Shown: in pieces, positions 25,271 to 37,961 of the stretch
Layout: every line of letters starts with the position of its first letter
How positions within the stretch are numbered: the stretch's first letter is position 1
From: Octopus bimaculoides
Lineage: Eukaryota
Assembly (NCBI RefSeq): GCF_001194135.2
Contig: NC_068987.1
Coordinates: 44,515,669 to 44,577,369 of the forward strand
Reading direction: 5' to 3'
DNA: 61,701 nucleotides
Notes under the pieces: generated by a model
The model's input: only the letters and a program-made list of their open reading frames with translations
Databases searched by the model: none
What the model was told of the DNA's origin: nothing
Position numbers and translations under genes: made by a program

Positions 25271-25999
25271 CTACAACGATTCCCTCACCTCCTCTCTTCC
25301 AATTGTCCTGGGTATGACTCTAAACTACATTCAGTAGTAGGATCCTGGGGCTCTGGTTTCAGAGTCTGAGAAATGTGGAACCACCTCTTAGCCACTATTA
25401 TTCCTAGGTCTACTCGGCCCGGAGTGGAAGCACTTGTAAGGGCCCCAGTTATGTATAGGTTAACTAGCAAACCTGCCCTGTGACTGGGGAGGAGGATGGC
25501 AGAATGCAGTCGCTGTATTCCCTGCATGGTATAAGAAGCGACTAAAAGGGGCTGGAATGAAGGAACTGGGAATCCACTCCAAGTAATCTCACATTCCTAA
25601 AAAGACAAGATATCTAATATAATAAATGCAAAAACTAATTTCTGTGTCAGTGTGTCACACTTAGAACCCCTCTCTCACTATTCAATCACACTCCTACTAT
25701 TCCTCACGATGAGGAGAAAATAATAGAAGGCATAGACAGTGAGAGTGATGGCGAAGACAAATAAAGAGAGAGTGAGAGAAAGAGAGACAGAGAAATTTAG
25801 GGAGAGTTGATGTTTTATTAAAAGTAGTAGTGTTGATGGTGGCAGTGGGAGTAATAATAAAAGAGAAAGAAAGAGTGGGTATGTGAAAGAAAGAGGAGAT
25901 GATGTACAACTGTTTAACTATGTCTCTTTGGCAGAAATTCCTGTCACCAACATACTGAACACTATCATTTTTGTTTTATTTTTTGCTTTCTTTAATAAT

Positions 26000-26040
<41 letters not shown>

Positions 26041-26570
26041 NNNNNNNNNNNNNNNNNNNNNNNNNNNNNNNNNNNNNNNNNNNNNNNNNNNNNNNNNNNN
26101 NNNNNNNNNNNNNNNNNNNNNNNNNNNNNNNNNNNNNNNNNNNNNNNNNNNNNNNNNNNNNNNNNNNNNNNNNNNNNNNNNNNNNNNNNNNNNNNNNNNN
26201 NNNNNNNNNNNNNNNNNNNNNNNNNNNNNNNNNNNNNNNNNNNNNNNNNNNNNNNNNNNNNNNNNNNNNNNNNNNNNNNNNNNNNNNNNNNNNNNNNNNN
26301 NNNNNNNNNNNNNNNNNNNNNNNNNNNNNNNNNNNNNNNNNNNNNNNNNNNNNNNNNNNNNNNNNNNNNNNNNNNNNNNNNNNNNNNNNNNNNNNNNNNN
26401 NNNNNNNNNNNNNNNNNNNNNNNNNNNNNNNNNNNNNNNNNNNNNNNNNNNNNNNNNNNNNNNNNNNNNNNNNNNNNNNNNNNNNNNNNNNNNNNNNNNN
26501 NNNNNNNNNNNNNNNNNNNNNNNNNNNNNNNNNNNNNNNNNNNNNNNNNNNNNNNNNNNNNNNNNNNNNG

Positions 26571-27400
26571 TATTAGCATGAAGGTGATTTGTGGGTATGG
26601 TCCGCAAAGTGGAAGCGGGAATCGCTGAGAAAGAGCAGTTCTTTGATGAAATGGCAAATGAGTGGGACTTACAAAAGGTTGATGAATTGGTTTTGGGCAT
26701 GGGTGATTTTAATGGACATGTTGGGAAATGGAACCAGGGCTCTGAGGGTGTGCATGGGAGAAATGGAATTGGGGAGAGAAATTTGGAAGGAAGGATGCTG
26801 TTGGAGTTTTGTGATGAGAAAGAGTTTGTGTGTGGCGAATATGTGGTTTTGGAAAACAGAGAAAAGGAAGGTGACTTTCAGTGCAGGAGTAATGAGACAG
26901 AAATTGATTTCATGTTGGTTGGCAGGAAAAACAGAAAATATCTGAGAGATGTGAATACCAGGGGAGTTGCAGTAAAAGTTGGTGGTTGCTGACTTGTGAG
27001 AAAGGGAATGGTTGAGAGGAGAAAGGTGATGAAACTGAAGGAAGAAGAAACAAGAGCAAGGTTTGAGGGGGGAGTTGGTAAGCATTGAGGCACCAGATCT
27101 GTGGAAGTCTTTTAAAAAAAGGGTACTAAAGGCATGTGACAAAGTGTGTGGAAGGACAAAGGGTAAGAGAGATCAAGGAGATATATGATGGCGGAAAGAG
27201 GAGGTGAGGGATGCAATAGTGAGGAAGAAGGAGGCAAACAAAGATTTATGTACTAATAGGACTGAGCAAATGAAAGCCTGGTATAATAACATGAAGAATC
27301 ATGCAAAGAGGGTGGTTGTAAGATCTATAAGGAAGGAGGCTGAGGAGAGGTTGCACAGACTGGATGAGAACCCAGATAGAGTGTTTAGAGTTCTATATTT
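26571..27400 (+). mobile_element. RTE LINE APE-endonuclease fragment
   Basis: MGDFNGHVG...EGVHG..GIGERNLEGRMLLEFC...EIDFMLV (APE motifs). Confidence 0.85.
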
Positions 27401-27848
27401 AAGAGATGAGGAATTATGTACATTATTTACATTCGACGGATATCTGTCCTCATCTTGTTTGTTGTTAACAAATGTTTTGGCAGATATACCCTGCAGTCTT
27501 CTTCAGGTGTCTTGGGGAAATTTCAAACCTGGGTTCTCATTCCTAAGGTATTTTTCGATGTTATTATTATTATTGTTCAGGTAACTGCTTGAAATCAAAC
27601 TCAGAAACCAGTATGCCACATGCCCACGGGCATATGGCGTACTAACCCCAAAATTCTGAGTTCAATTCCAAGCAGTGACCTGAACAATAATAATAATAAT
27701 AAGTTTTCATTACTGCGATTGTTTTACATGATTTTTTGCGACAACATATTCATCATTGAGATATGATTCTGGAGGAAGCAATTGCAACAAATTCTCCAAA
27801 ACAAGTCAGAGATCTGTTTGCAGATCTTCCCATTCAGGGTCACTTGCC

Positions 27849-27882
27849 TAAAAGCCACCCTATTGGGTGGCTTTTAAGCTAG
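27849..27882 (+). mobile_element. Helitron-like 3' terminus (hairpin plus CTAG|T)
   Basis: TAAAAGCCACCC-tatt-GGGTGGCTTTTA (12-bp stem), then AG, CTAG, T. Confidence 0.45.
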
Positions 27883-28125
27883 TATATCTATACATGTGGA
27901 TATATAAAAATTGGATGATGTGCTTTGTGGGCAGTTCTGCTTCAACTGTAAACAGTGATTGTATTTTTTGTGAAAATAAGAAAGAACTAGAGACCCTACC
28001 AAGAACCTCTCCCAATATCCAGCCCCATTTAGAGCTAACATCTCATCATTGAACATCACATTCATGATCCATGCTCGCATGGATTGGACTAATATTGCAA
28101 GTTATTAAACAAAACGTTTCCTTAC

Positions 28126-28194
28126 TTGTTGAAAATCAAACAATTTTGTAAACAAGTTCTGGATTGCTTCTTCATCACTGACTTTTTCATCTGA
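28126..28194 (-). CDS. NOL11: NOL11-like exon: SDEKVSDEEAIQNLFTKLFDFQQ
   Basis: Long pyrimidine tract ccttttgttattcttcttccag|...|gtaagg, 69 nt, phase 0/0. Lies in a poorly conserved part of the protein. Confidence 0.75.
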
Positions 28195-29820
28195 CTGGAA
28201 GAAGAATAACAAAAGGAAATATAATGCAATGACTTGACCTGAAATAATATACAGAAGAAATAAAATATCATTCATTTCCGTTTCTCTTTATGTCTGTTTT
28301 TCTATGCTAGTATGAGTTACGTGAATATACTGAGGCATTGTTTTACAGCCAGATGTTCTTCTTGTCACTAACCCTTACTGGTTTTTCAAACAAGAGATAT
28401 TTTATTCCACACATCTTCAAAAATGCAAAATCAGCAGTTGATCCATTGACAGGGAAAATAAGAGCAATAGCATCCATAGCTGAGTGATTTTTCTCAGACA
28501 CACAACTGTACACATAATGCACACACATGTCAGTTATATGTGACAGAAACAGCATTAAAATTAAAATAGCCATTAATGTATCACATTTAATAAAAATACA
28601 TTGTGAAAGACAGATTTACTGTGGTATTTGTCCAGTTCTAACATCCCTTATGGATGAAGAACACAATAGTACTATAGTGATAAGTATCTCTACCTGCCAT
28701 GCTGGAGACTGGGGTTTGGTTTCCCATTGGGGAGATGCTTCTTTAGATGTAGGCATGGGTGCATGATTAAGAAGCTTGCTTTGCAACCATGTAATTTCAG
28801 GTTCAGCCTCACTGCACAGCACCTTGCGTGTTTTTCATTTTTTTTACTATAGCCCCTGGCTGAACCAATGTCTTCTAAATGAATTGTGGACATGATAGAT
28901 GGAAACCTGCTGTGAGTGTGTGTGTGTTAATGCTGAATGGAGAGAAAAAGTGCTCAACACAAAACTGTATTGGTGGATAAATATTCCTTATTTGTGGGTT
29001 AAGATGGCCACCATTGGTTTCATATTGAGGGAAGTCTAAACCTAGTGTATAAATATGTACACAACGTATAAATGCACAATCCTATGAATTCACAACATGG
29101 ACCAAGTTTGAAGTCAAGATTTGTGAAAAAATGTGAATCCCTGCAATTATGCGCACATATGTGCAAATATAAACTATTAAGTGCACACACTCAAAATGCA
29201 TAATGAAGGTGTGGTTATGCGACCCAGTGTGCATGTGTGCTCATACTATGCATGGACATACACGCATGTATATTTATAAATTCGAATTGATGCAAAGGAG
29301 ATAATTTAGAGTTGTTTTGCCTGATATGTATATTTATTTTATTTCAAAATTTTGCACGATCTTATGTGACTTTATTGAGTTTTCATCCAAGATGGAAATG
29401 CACACCGACGTCCCTTGATAATTGAGATTTCTTTTGACACGAAACCAATGGCAGCCTTGTTAACCCACAAATAAAGTATGTATACATAAATACACACACA
29501 CATATTCCCTCTCTCACTCTCTAGGAGAGAGGCACAAGCACATACACAGACATATACACACACGGCAGTAACTTCCGCCTACCAAATTCCATCACAAAGC
29601 TTCGGTCGGCTCAGGGCTATAGCAGAAGACACTTGCCCAAGGTGCCACGCGGTGGGACTGAACCCGAAACCATGTAGCTGGGAAGCAAGCTTCCTAACCA
29701 CACAGCCTTGCCCGCGCCTATATTCAATAATAATAATAAAGGGTAAAATTAATTAATAATTAATAATTTTACCAAGTAGTTTGGTATGTTAAAATAACCT
29801 TTATCGGTAACCTTATACAA

Positions 29821-30087
29821 AAATTCTATAGTTATAAGCATAATTATAATTAGGGTCCAGCACATACCGAAATTTAGAAATAGCAGTTAAATACTAATTC
29901 TCTACCATAAGATATCTCCCAAACAGCAACACTCTTAATTCACGTAGGTATTCTCTTTACCTACATGAATTAAGAGTGTTGCTGTCTGGGAGATATCTTA
30001 TGGTAGAGGAATAGCATTTAACTGCTATATCTAAATTTCGGTATGTGCTGGACCCTAATTATAATTATGCTTATAATTATAGAATTT
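29821..30087. repeat. Long inverted repeat: 130-bp arms, 7-nt loop
   Basis: 29821-29950 versus 29958-30087: no indels, 7 mismatches by manual count. Confidence 0.95.
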
Positions 30088-30094
30088 ATATCTT

Positions 30095-30936
30095 CATCAT
30101 CATCATCATCATCATTTAACGTCCGCTTTCCATGCTAGCATGGGTTGGACGATTTGACTGAGGACTGGTGCAACCGGATGGCTACACCAGGCTCCAATCT
30201 AATTTGGCAGAGTTTCTACAGCTGGATGCCCTTCCTAATGCCAACCACTCAGAGAGTGTAGTGGGTGCTTTTACGTGTCACCCGCACGAAAACGGCCACG
30301 CTCGAAATGGTGTCTTTTATGTGCCACCCGCACAAGAGCCAGTCCAGGGGCACTGGCAACGATCTCGCTCGAAAACCCTACAAGGCCAGTCAGGCGGTAC
30401 TGGCAACGGTCACGCTCAGGATGGTACATCTTATGTGCCACNNNNNNNNNNNNNNNNNNNNNNNNNNNNNNNNNNNNNNNNNNNNNNNNNNNNNNNNNNN
30501 NNNNNNNNNNNNNNNNNNNNNNNNNNNNNNNNNNNNNNNNNNNNNNNNNNNNNNNNNNNNNNNNNNNNNNNNNNNNNNNNNNNNNNNNNNNNNNNNNNNN
30601 NNNNNNNNNNNNNNNNNNNNNNNNNNNNNNNNNNNNNNNNNNNNNNNNNNNNNNNNNNNNNNNNNNNNNNNNCCTGGGCCTACCTCTTCCACGGGTTCCC
30701 TCAACTGTTAGGGAGTGGCACTTTTTCACGCAGCTATCCTCATTCATTCTCACCACATGTCCAAACCAGCGCAATCATCTCTCTTGCACACCACTACTGA
30801 CGCTTCTTATGTTCAGCTTTTCTCTCAAGATCCTTACACTCTGACGGGTATGCACATTTACATTACACATCCAGCGGAGCATACTGGCTTCATTCCTTGC
30901 GAGCTTACGCATGTCCTCAGCAGTCACAGCCCATGT
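30095..30936 (-). mobile_element. Young RTE-clade LINE 3' part spanning a gap
   Basis: MRWFGHVVRMNEDSCVKKCHSLTVEGTRGRGRPR; (CAT)n tail; nearly identical to the 5938 and 61454 copies. Confidence 0.85.
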
Positions 30937-31044
30937 TATATATATATATATATATATTACATGCACATATGTGTGTGTCTGTGTTTGTCCTCCCACCAGT
31001 TGAAAACAATGTTGGTTTGTTTATGTCTCTGTAACTTAAGTGTG

Positions 31045-31830
31045 AAGGTGCATGGCTTAGCGGCCAGGGTAAACAGCTCATGATTGTAAGGTCATGAGTT
31101 TGATTCCTGGCAGTACATGTCCTTCAGCAAGACATTTTATTTCATGTTGCTCCAGTCCACTCAGCTGGCAAAAAACAAGTACCTGTAATTCAAAGGACTG
31201 GCCTTGTCACATTCTGTATCATGCTGAATCTCCCAGAGAACTACTTTAAGGGTATGCATATCTGTGGAGTGCTCAGCCACTTCATCATCATCGTTTAACG
31301 TCCATTTTCCATGCTGGCATGGGTTGGACAGTTTGAATGGGGACTAGCAAACCAGGAGGCCACACCAGGCTCACATCTGATCTAGCAATGTTTCTACAGC
31401 TGGATGCCCTTCCTAACACCAACCACTCTGAGAGTGTAGTGGGTGCTTTTTATGTGCCACCAGCACGGGAACCAGTCAGGTGGCACTGGCAATGACCCAT
31501 GCATGAATGATGCTTATTGCGTGCCACCAGCACGAGAGCCTGTCAGGTGGCACTGGCATTGGCCACAACTACAATTTCCAGTTTTGACTGTGATCTGATT
31601 TTTGATTTTGATTTTACTTGACACAATAGGTCTCCTCAAGCATGGCGTGTCGTCCAACTATTCAAAGGTACTTTTTAAATGGGCTGGTTATACAACACTG
31701 GTATAGGTTACGGTTGTATTCTCACTTTACTTGCTGGGTCTTCTCAATCCACTTGCATGTTAATTTTATGAGCAGGCTGTTCCATTGGTTGGATCAATTG
31801 GAACTCTTGTCATTATAACTGACAAAGTGC
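31045..31830 (+). mobile_element. SINE family B copy interrupted by an RTE 3'-end insertion (31283-31748)
   Basis: The SINE body stops at gctcagccactt and resumes at ccacttgcatgtt; CCACTT is repeated at 31277-31282 and 31749-31754. Confidence 0.75.
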
Positions 31831-32804
31831 CAGTTAACTTAGCAGTTCATTATGAGATCAATAGATTATGATTCTTAACCTCGAAGTCATGTGTTAGATA
31901 AAAAGATAATAGCAATAATACTGGTTTCAAACTTTGGCACAAGGCCAGCAATATTAGAGGAAGCGGGTAAGTTAATTACAGTGACCCCAGTACTCAACTA
32001 GTACTTATTTTATTGACCCCAAAAGGGATAAAGGCTAAGTTGATCTCAGCAGAATTTGAACTCAGAATGTTAAGACAGACAGAATGCAACTAAACATTTT
32101 TCCCAGTATACTCTTTTACTTGTTTGTCATTTTGACTGTGGCTATGCTGGAGCACCACCTTTAGTCGAGCACATTGACCCCAGAACTTATTCTTTGTAAG
32201 CCTAGTACTTATTCTATCGGTCTCTTTTGCCGAACCACTGTCAAGCGATGTTGGGGGCACAAACACATACATACATATATATGACGGGCTTCTTTCAGTT
32301 TCCGTCCACCAAATCCACTCACAAGGCTTTGGTTGGCACGAGGCTATAGTAGAAGACACTTGCCCAAGGTACCACGCAGTGGGACTGAACACGGAACCAT
32401 GTAGTTCGTAAGCAAGCTACTTACCACAGCCACCCCTGTTAATGATTCTGTCAGCTCACTGCTATGATGATGATGATGACGATGACGACGATGATGATAA
32501 TAATAACAATAATAATAATCCTTTCTACTGAAGGAACAATGCCTGAAATCTGGGGGAGAAGGATAGTTGATTACATCGACTCCAATACTCAAACTGGTAC
32601 TTAATTTACTGACCTCGAAAGGATGAAAGGCAAAGTCAATTTCGGCAGAATTTGAATTTGGAATGTAGCGACAGACGAAATACTACTAAGCATTTTGCTC
32701 AACATGCTAATTATTCTGCCAGCTCGCTACCTTAAAAAGAACCAATAATAATTATAAAAAGAAAGAAAAAAAAAAAGAGTAAAAGTGACTGGAAATCTAC
32801 TTAC

Positions 32805-32984
32805 ATCTGCTGAATGAACATCCCACTTGGTATGCATTGGTACGACTCGCAAAAGGTTTTGATCGTGTGCCAGTTGATATGTATTGCACATTAGGTTGGA
32901 TAGAGTGGAAGATTCCAAGTGATATGAGTATGCAAGTAAATCTTTATCACATGCAGTGAACAGATGGCCATTACTTGAAAAAAG
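32805..32984 (-). CDS. NOL11: NOL11-like exon: LFSSNGHLFTACDKDLLAYSYHLESSTLSNLM...HTKWDVHSAD
   Basis: cattattttgcag|...|gtaagt, 180 nt, phase 0/0. Compare human [32 protein letters not shown]. Confidence 0.88.
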
Positions 32985-33839
32985 CTGCAAAATAATGTAC
33001 AGTTGCAGACATTCAAAATACAGATTCTAAAAAACATGAATTTGTGTAAAAATGATATAATGAAACTAAGGAAACAGTCTAAATGCAATTTGGTAAAGGA
33101 ATTCTCCGACCACGAAATTACCTTGTCAGTTAATAAATCTAAGTAAAGTTGAGTTAACAGGGGAGGCTCTATATGGTCACCTGGCCTGCTAAAAATAGCA
33201 GCCAAATCTTCATATATCCAATCATCTTAAGAAAAAAAAAAGACATTATATTTGTGATACTTTGCAACTCTAGTGCCAATCTAACTACAGACTTGAATGG
33301 ATTTGGTAGATGGAAACTGAAAGACAGTCATCATCATATCATCATTTAATATCCTCCTTCCATACTGGCATGAGTTGGATGGTTTGACAGGCGCTGGCAA
33401 GTCAGAGGACTGTGCCAAGTGCTACTGTCTACGTTGGCATGATTTCTATGGCTGGGTGCTCTTTATAATGCTAACCATATGTGTGTGTTTACATCTTGCT
33501 TGCTTCAAAATAAGCCATGGCATATGAGCAATGTTGCTGTTGTTGTCCTCTTGTCAACAAATTGTCCATTAATTTTTCACATTTGAAGCTACATGGAATA
33601 AGAGATCACTTGAAAAACAAGAGTTAGTGACAGGAAAGGCATCTTGCTTTAACACATTGCCTCAATAATGTCTTCTTCTAACCTATGCTAGCATAGAAAA
33701 CATGTAAAATGAATGAAGTCCTAGACGGAATGCCTGATGCAAAGGATAAAACACTTTTATCAAAGACTTGCTGGATAAAAACTGGTTTGAATAAATAATA
33801 TTTTCTTTGTCGTGTCTGGAATTATCTCATTTGAATATT

Positions 33840-35120
33840 AATGTGTGAACAAGAACAATGGGTCCTATTATATGTTTTCCTCTTTTTTTTCTTACAATTC
33901 AACATATATTTTCACATGTTCACATCTGTAGAAGGAGATAGGTGTATTCTTATTAATTTTATCCCACTCTTTGTTTCAGAAAATAATAGCAGACCCTCAG
34001 CTTACTCAAGAAAGGAAGAAGCATGATGTTATTGTGGTTATAAAGGCTGAGCATAGCGATTTAGAAATATCTCAATTTTTAAAAGTTGCCAGATCTTTCG
34101 TCTACATAGTTTGTAAGGAGCTAGAGACTGAAGTTGGAAATGTATCACCAGTATCAAAGCATAAAAAGCATTCTAAATGTTCTGAAATCATCAGAACACT
34201 TGAATTTATCCAGCAAGTTCAACAGACCATTGATTACAATCCCAGAAAGTCCATGAGGTCAATTGCAAAAGATTTCCGTGTGTCAGAAGGAACAGTCAGG
34301 AATGTTGTCCACGAAGACATCAGATATAAGTCTTATATGATGAGGAAAGGTCGATTTGTCAGTAAAAGTAAATCACATCAGATCTAAAAGGTTCTTAAAC
34401 AAACTGAAAAATCCAGTAGAAGAAGGTTTAATTTGGTTTTTCACTAACGAGAAAAACTTCAACCAAGATCAAAAAGCTAACAGAAGAAATGACAGGTGGT
34501 TATGTACAGGCCCTTCTGAAGTTCCAAGTGTTATGCATACAAAATTTCCTGCAACTGACATGAGTTGTCAGCAATGAAGGACATGTAATGCCTTCTTACT
34601 TCTTATCACAAGGCCTTAAAGTTAACTCTGCCATCTACATTGAAATCCACAAAACAATTTTTAAGCCCTGGATAGACAGTGTATGCAATGGAAGGACATA
34701 TGTGTTTTAGTAAGACTTTGCGCTATCACACATGGCTCTAGTAAAACAGGAATGGATGGCTGAACATTTTCATGATCACATAACCCCTAACATAATAGCC
34801 TCCTAATTCTCCAGATCTCAATCCATTGGACTATTACATATGGGACATTGTTGAGAGAGCAGTCAATGAACACACCCATAGCACCAAAGATTCTTTGAAA
34901 GCTGCCATAGTCAGAGTAATGTCCAAAATGAACACTTGATTCGAGCATGTAGATGATTTAGATCTCATATAGAAGCAGTTGTTGAAGCTTTATTGAATAA
35001 CATTGTAGAAAAGGTTCATTTTTATTCTCATAGCATTTTTTGATAAACAAAGTTATTATCTGTTATTATAGATGTTTTTTTATAAACATAAATCTGTCCT
35101 CAAATATCTTACAGACCCTT
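33840..35120 (+). mobile_element. Decayed Tc1/mariner-superfamily transposon, maT (DD37D)-like
   Basis: HTH segment NPRKSMRSIAKDFRVSEGTVRNVVHEDIRYKSY; FFTNEKNFNQDQKANRRNDRW; SPDLNPLDY. Frameshifted. The right end resembles a TIR; the left TIR was not found. Confidence 0.8.
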
Positions 35121-35206
35121 TATATAAAAATATATACATGTATGTATGTATATGTGTATGTGTATATATATTATATATATGTGTGTGTGTGTGTATCTAT
35201 ATATAT

Positions 35207-36747
35207 GCATGTACAGGGATGCTGTCAGTGAGGTGAGGGTTGGCAAGGAGTACAGTGAAGGAGTAGGGGTCCAATAAGGATCAGTCCTCAGCCCCTCTTA
35301 TTCATCATAGTCCTCCAGGCAATAACAGAAGAATTCAAGACAGGATGCCCCGAGGAGCTTCTCTATGCTGATGACCTTGCTCTAATAGCTGAGTCACTAT
35401 CAGAACTAGAGGAGAAGTTTCAGGTGTAGAAGCAAGGTCTAGAATTGAAGGGTCTTAGAGTCAATCTAGCAAAAACCAAAGTCTTAATAAGTTGGAAGAC
35501 AGACAAACTACAAATAGGTTTAGCTAGATGGGCCTGCTTGATCAGTAGAAAAGGCGTAGGTAGAAATTCCATAAGATGTACCCAGTGTAAGCTATGGACA
35601 CATAAGAGGTGCAGTAATATCAAAGGAAGATTAACTGGAAAGATAATTTTTGTGTGGGAAATATTCAGGGGCAAAAAACACTGAAAATATGCAGAAAACA
35701 GCTTCTGTCACATTTCAGGGGGAAAAACTACAAGTAGTTAATAGCTTCTGTTACCTAGATGACCAAGTCAGTAGTGGGAGGTGGATGCTCTGATGCTATA
35801 ATAAGAATAGCTTGGGCAAAGTTGAGAGAGCTCCTACCTCTGCTGGTGACAAAGGACCTCTCACGCAGAGTAAAAGGTAGACTGTATAATGCATGTGTGA
35901 GAACAGCCATGCTACATGGCAGTGAAACGTGGGCCATGACTGCTGAGGACATGTGTAAGTTTGCAAGGAAAGAAGCTAGTATGCTCTGCTGGATGTGTAA
36001 TGAGAGAAAAATTGGACATAAGAAGCATCAGATGTGGTGTGCAAGAGAGATGACTGCACTGGTATGGTCATGTGTTGCATATGGATGAGGACAGCTATGT
36101 GAAAATATGTCACACTCTAGCAGTAGAGGGAACCAGTGGAAGAGGTAGACCCAGGAGGACCTGGGATGAGGTGGTGAAACATGACCTTCGAACGTTGGGC
36201 CTCACCGAGGCGATGACATGTGACCAAGACCTTTGGAGATGTGCTGTACTTGAGAAGACCCGGCAAGCCAAGTGAGACCATAACCGTGGCCTATGCCAGT
36301 GCAGCATAACCAGTCCATTTAAGAGTACTCTTCAATCATTGGGCAATAAACTGTGCTTGCGAAGACCTTTCGAGGCAAGTGAAGTTGTTGTCATGGCCAA
36401 TGCCAGTGTCGCCTGATTAGTACCTGTGTTGGTGGAAGGTAAAAAGCACCATTTGAGCCTGGTCAGTGCCAGTGCCACCTGACTGGCTCCCATATTGGTG
36501 GCATGTAAAAAGCACCATTCAAGCTTGGTCAATGCCAGTGCTGGATGACTGGCACTTGTGCCAGTGACACGGAGAAAGCACCCAATATACTCTCGGAGTG
36601 GTTGACATTAGGAAGAGCATCCAGCTGTAGAAATTTTGCCAGATATAATTGGAGCTTGGTGCAACCTTCAGGTTTGCCAGCCCTCAGTCAAACCGTCCAG
36701 CCCACGCCAGCATGGAAAGCAGACGTTAAACGACAATGATGATGATG
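35207..36747 (+). mobile_element. RTE-clade LINE, 5'-truncated
   Basis: ELLYADDLALIAES, GLRVNLAKTK, RIAWAKLRELLPLL, GSETW, RGRPRRTWDEVV; tandem 3' UTR units; (ATG)n tail. Confidence 0.9.
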
Positions 36748-36859
36748 CATGTATCTATATGTGTGTGTGTATATGTGAGTGTATGTTGGTGCATATATAT
36801 ATGTATGTATATATAGGTATATAGATGTGTATATATATGTATGCATGTATATACATGTG

Positions 36860-36896
<37 letters not shown>

Positions 36897-36934
36897 ATAC
36901 ATGTATGTATATATATATATGTATCCTTGATGTG

Positions 36935-37349
36935 TCGGGTGATATGATATGCTTAAGAAGACCTGCTGAGTCAAGTAAAACCAAAATCGCAGCTGTGGCC
37001 AGTGACACCTGACTGGCTCCCGTGCTGGTTGCACATAAAAAGTACCATCTGAACGTGGCTGATGCCAGTGCCCCATGACTGGCTCCTGTGCCAGTGGCAT
37101 GTAAAAAGCACCATCCAAATGTGAACGATGTCAGGCCCGCCTGACCGGCTCCTGTGCCATTGACATGTAAAAATCACCTACTATACTCTCGGAGTGGTTG
37201 GCATTAGGGACGCATCCAGCTGTAGAAACATTGCCAGATCAAATTGGAGCCTGATGCAGCCGCTGGCTCTCCATACCTCAGTCAAACCGTCAAACCCATG
37301 CCAGCATGGAAAAAGGACGTTAAACTATGATGATGATGATGATGATGAT
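36935..37349 (+). mobile_element. RTE-clade LINE 3' UTR fragment in tandem with the previous copy
   Basis: Same 3' UTR units and terminal gacgttaaa-(tga)n. Confidence 0.75.
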
Positions 37350-37574
37350 AAATACTGTAAACATGTTTTTAGAGATGTAGCACACCTCTGCTATGAGGTA
37401 GGAGTGAAACCTATTCCTTACTTCAGTGAGAGTTAAATGACTTACTAAGGTACACACAATAAGGGCGGCAAGATCTGAAGTTATGATCAAGGGTTAGTAG
37501 TCCAGCAATAAGTTACATTCACTACAAATATTAACCTATAAATGCTATCTGCATATCATACTTAACATGTATGC

Positions 37575-37627
<53 letters not shown>

Positions 37628-37878
37628 GTTAAGTGTTTGGTTGTCTCTTGTGTATATTTTTTATTCTTTTGTCTGACACTGAAGAAATAAATTTGACACA
37701 CTGTTGTTTATATCTTCTTAACAAAAGATTATTCTACCATTCAATTGAAATATTAACCTTACCATCCATCATATTCAACTATGTTTTCTACTTAAATCAG
37801 ACAGTAATTTTCTCAGTCTAAGAGAAGGTAAAAGGAAATAAGAAATGGAATATAGAAACTAACAAAGAATCAGTTTAC

Positions 37879-37961
37879 CTTTGGTTGGGAAAAGATTGAG
37901 TGAGGTATTGGCTGCCATGCTGTCATTGTTCCAAAGTGAGCATCAAAGATACCAACACCAT
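37879..37961 (-). CDS. NOL11: NOL11-like exon: (D)GVGIFDAHFGTMTAWQPIPHSIFSQPK
   Basis: ttcctctctttgccag|...|gtaaac, 83 nt, phase 1/0. Compare human CLSVWNIKFQTLQTSKELP. Confidence 0.85.

Noticed and set aside
25340-25560. Possible HDV-like ribozyme near an RTE (stem agtcgct/agcgact, ...cgactaaaagggg)
   Set aside because: I could not assemble P1/P3/L3 in the required order, and it is on the strand opposite the adjacent RT; likely a separate repeat.
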